From Squalus acanthias (taxonomy: Eukaryota): a DNA stretch of 64,000 bases. The stretch covers positions 126,234,001-126,298,000 of the forward strand of contig CM059431.1 in assembly GCA_030390025.1 (NCBI GenBank), in the 5' to 3' direction. Position 1 is the stretch's first letter, and the number at the start of each line of letters is the position of its first letter. Below, piece by piece: positions 62,746 through 64,000 of this stretch. The translations under genes and the position numbers were made by a program. Under the pieces are notes generated by a model. That model was not told where the DNA came from. It saw only the letters and a list, made by a program, of their open reading frames with translations, and did not search any database.

Positions 62746-64000
62746 CTACTGCTCTTTTTTAGCTCACAGATGTCATTTTTTTTAAGCTAACAGCCCTGTA
62801 TGCGAATCTGTCTCCACAATACTTTTACTTTTGGAGTTAGATAGTCTTGTTAAAAATAATATTAAAATATATAGATGTTGTGATGTTCTGATTAGAGAAA
62901 ATGAACAGATTTCGTATCTGGCCTAGGAAAGGACAAGTCAGTATTTTTCCATCTCACTGCTGATTTTATACATGCCAGAAAGGTATCTCAGAAACTAAAA
63001 CAGGAAATTGCACTGCACTCCTCTCATTATCTGTAGGATAACATTCAATTGAAAAATGCTATTGCACATTCTCACGCAGAATCTATTACTATTGGTTTGA
63101 CACAGGTGCAGTGTGTGTCTGCTGATTTGGTACCATTTTACACATCTTTCTGATAAATATCTGGTAAAAATAAAAGTTGCATCTGCCCCTCCTTCCGCCA
63201 TTGCTTTCCTTAATAAAATGATATAAACGTTGGCCTCCCTTGTTAATTTTCAAGATGTTATCTCTTGTTAAACATTAAATTACCATTTATTGCCCTTAAA
63301 TAAGCCAGTAATGTTAGAATGACATCAAGATCTTTGCTTTTCCAAAGTAGCCAATGTGTTTATTAATTCATGTGATTCTTCATCATGTCCCTATCCTCCT
63401 TTCATTTTTATAATAGAATAAGTTTTAAAGTTAATACAAATTTAAATTGACCTTTTATATTCTGCATTCATTTTATTATTACTATGAGTTTTATAATGCC
63501 AGGCATTTCACATCAGAAATCTATTCACTGTTTCACCATTTTCAATTATATTAAAATTCTCTGATTATTCATCATTGTCATTTTATGGGGTAGAGATTAA
63601 TAACCTTTGCTTTATGGGCTTTTATTTTGGCAAGCCAACATCATACCACTTAAAGATCGATCGAGATTTATAGACCTGCATCCTGACACCATAGCATTTA
63701 AAAATGTATGTAACTATTTGAAGCATTATATATAATGAATTATTAAAACTAAGTTCAGTTCTAGTCCTGATAGACCAATCACATATTTGTAGCACACCAG
63801 TGTTTGCATAATTGAGCACTTCGTATAGCAATATCAATATTTTTGAAAATCAAATCTAAAAAGCAGACGATAAGTCTGCAGTGATTAGTATTTGTCAGGG
63901 TAACCGATCAAATTTTAACCCTTTAAAATCCACAACATTTTCGCACTTCAACAACAAGTATTAATATTTCCACTGAGTGCATGTCTGATAGCTAGCATGA

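Overview
This is eukaryotic, almost entirely repeat-derived DNA. The repeat families (CR1 and L2 LINEs, Deu-domain SINEs, hammerhead-bearing Penelope elements, spliced Harbinger transposons) suggest a cartilaginous fish such as a shark; that assignment is inference. I found no supportable host protein-coding gene, rRNA, tRNA or CRISPR array, and most ORFs in the track are transposon fragments or antisense noise. Main structures: (1) a nested cluster at ~1.9-10 kb, where one CR1 is split by a ~3.9-kb two-gene Harbinger and by a long solo LTR; (2) inside that LTR, a TSD-flanked perfect 724-bp palindrome built from a Penelope terminus, with a minimal hammerhead ribozyme on each strand; (3) a second independent copy of the ~1.66-kb solo LTR, inside a 229-bp solo LTR, inside a CR1; (4) a ~8-kb head-to-tail tandem duplication (19534-27835 / 27836-35613) whose copies differ by clear insertions; (5) a 5'-truncated Penelope with an open RT+GIY-YIG frame; (6) a near full-length CR1 with an SGNH-esterase ORF1; (7) many Harbinger-type MITEs with hairpin arrays and an excess of the perfect splice-donor 8-mer AGGTAAGT. 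All alignments and counts were done by eye.
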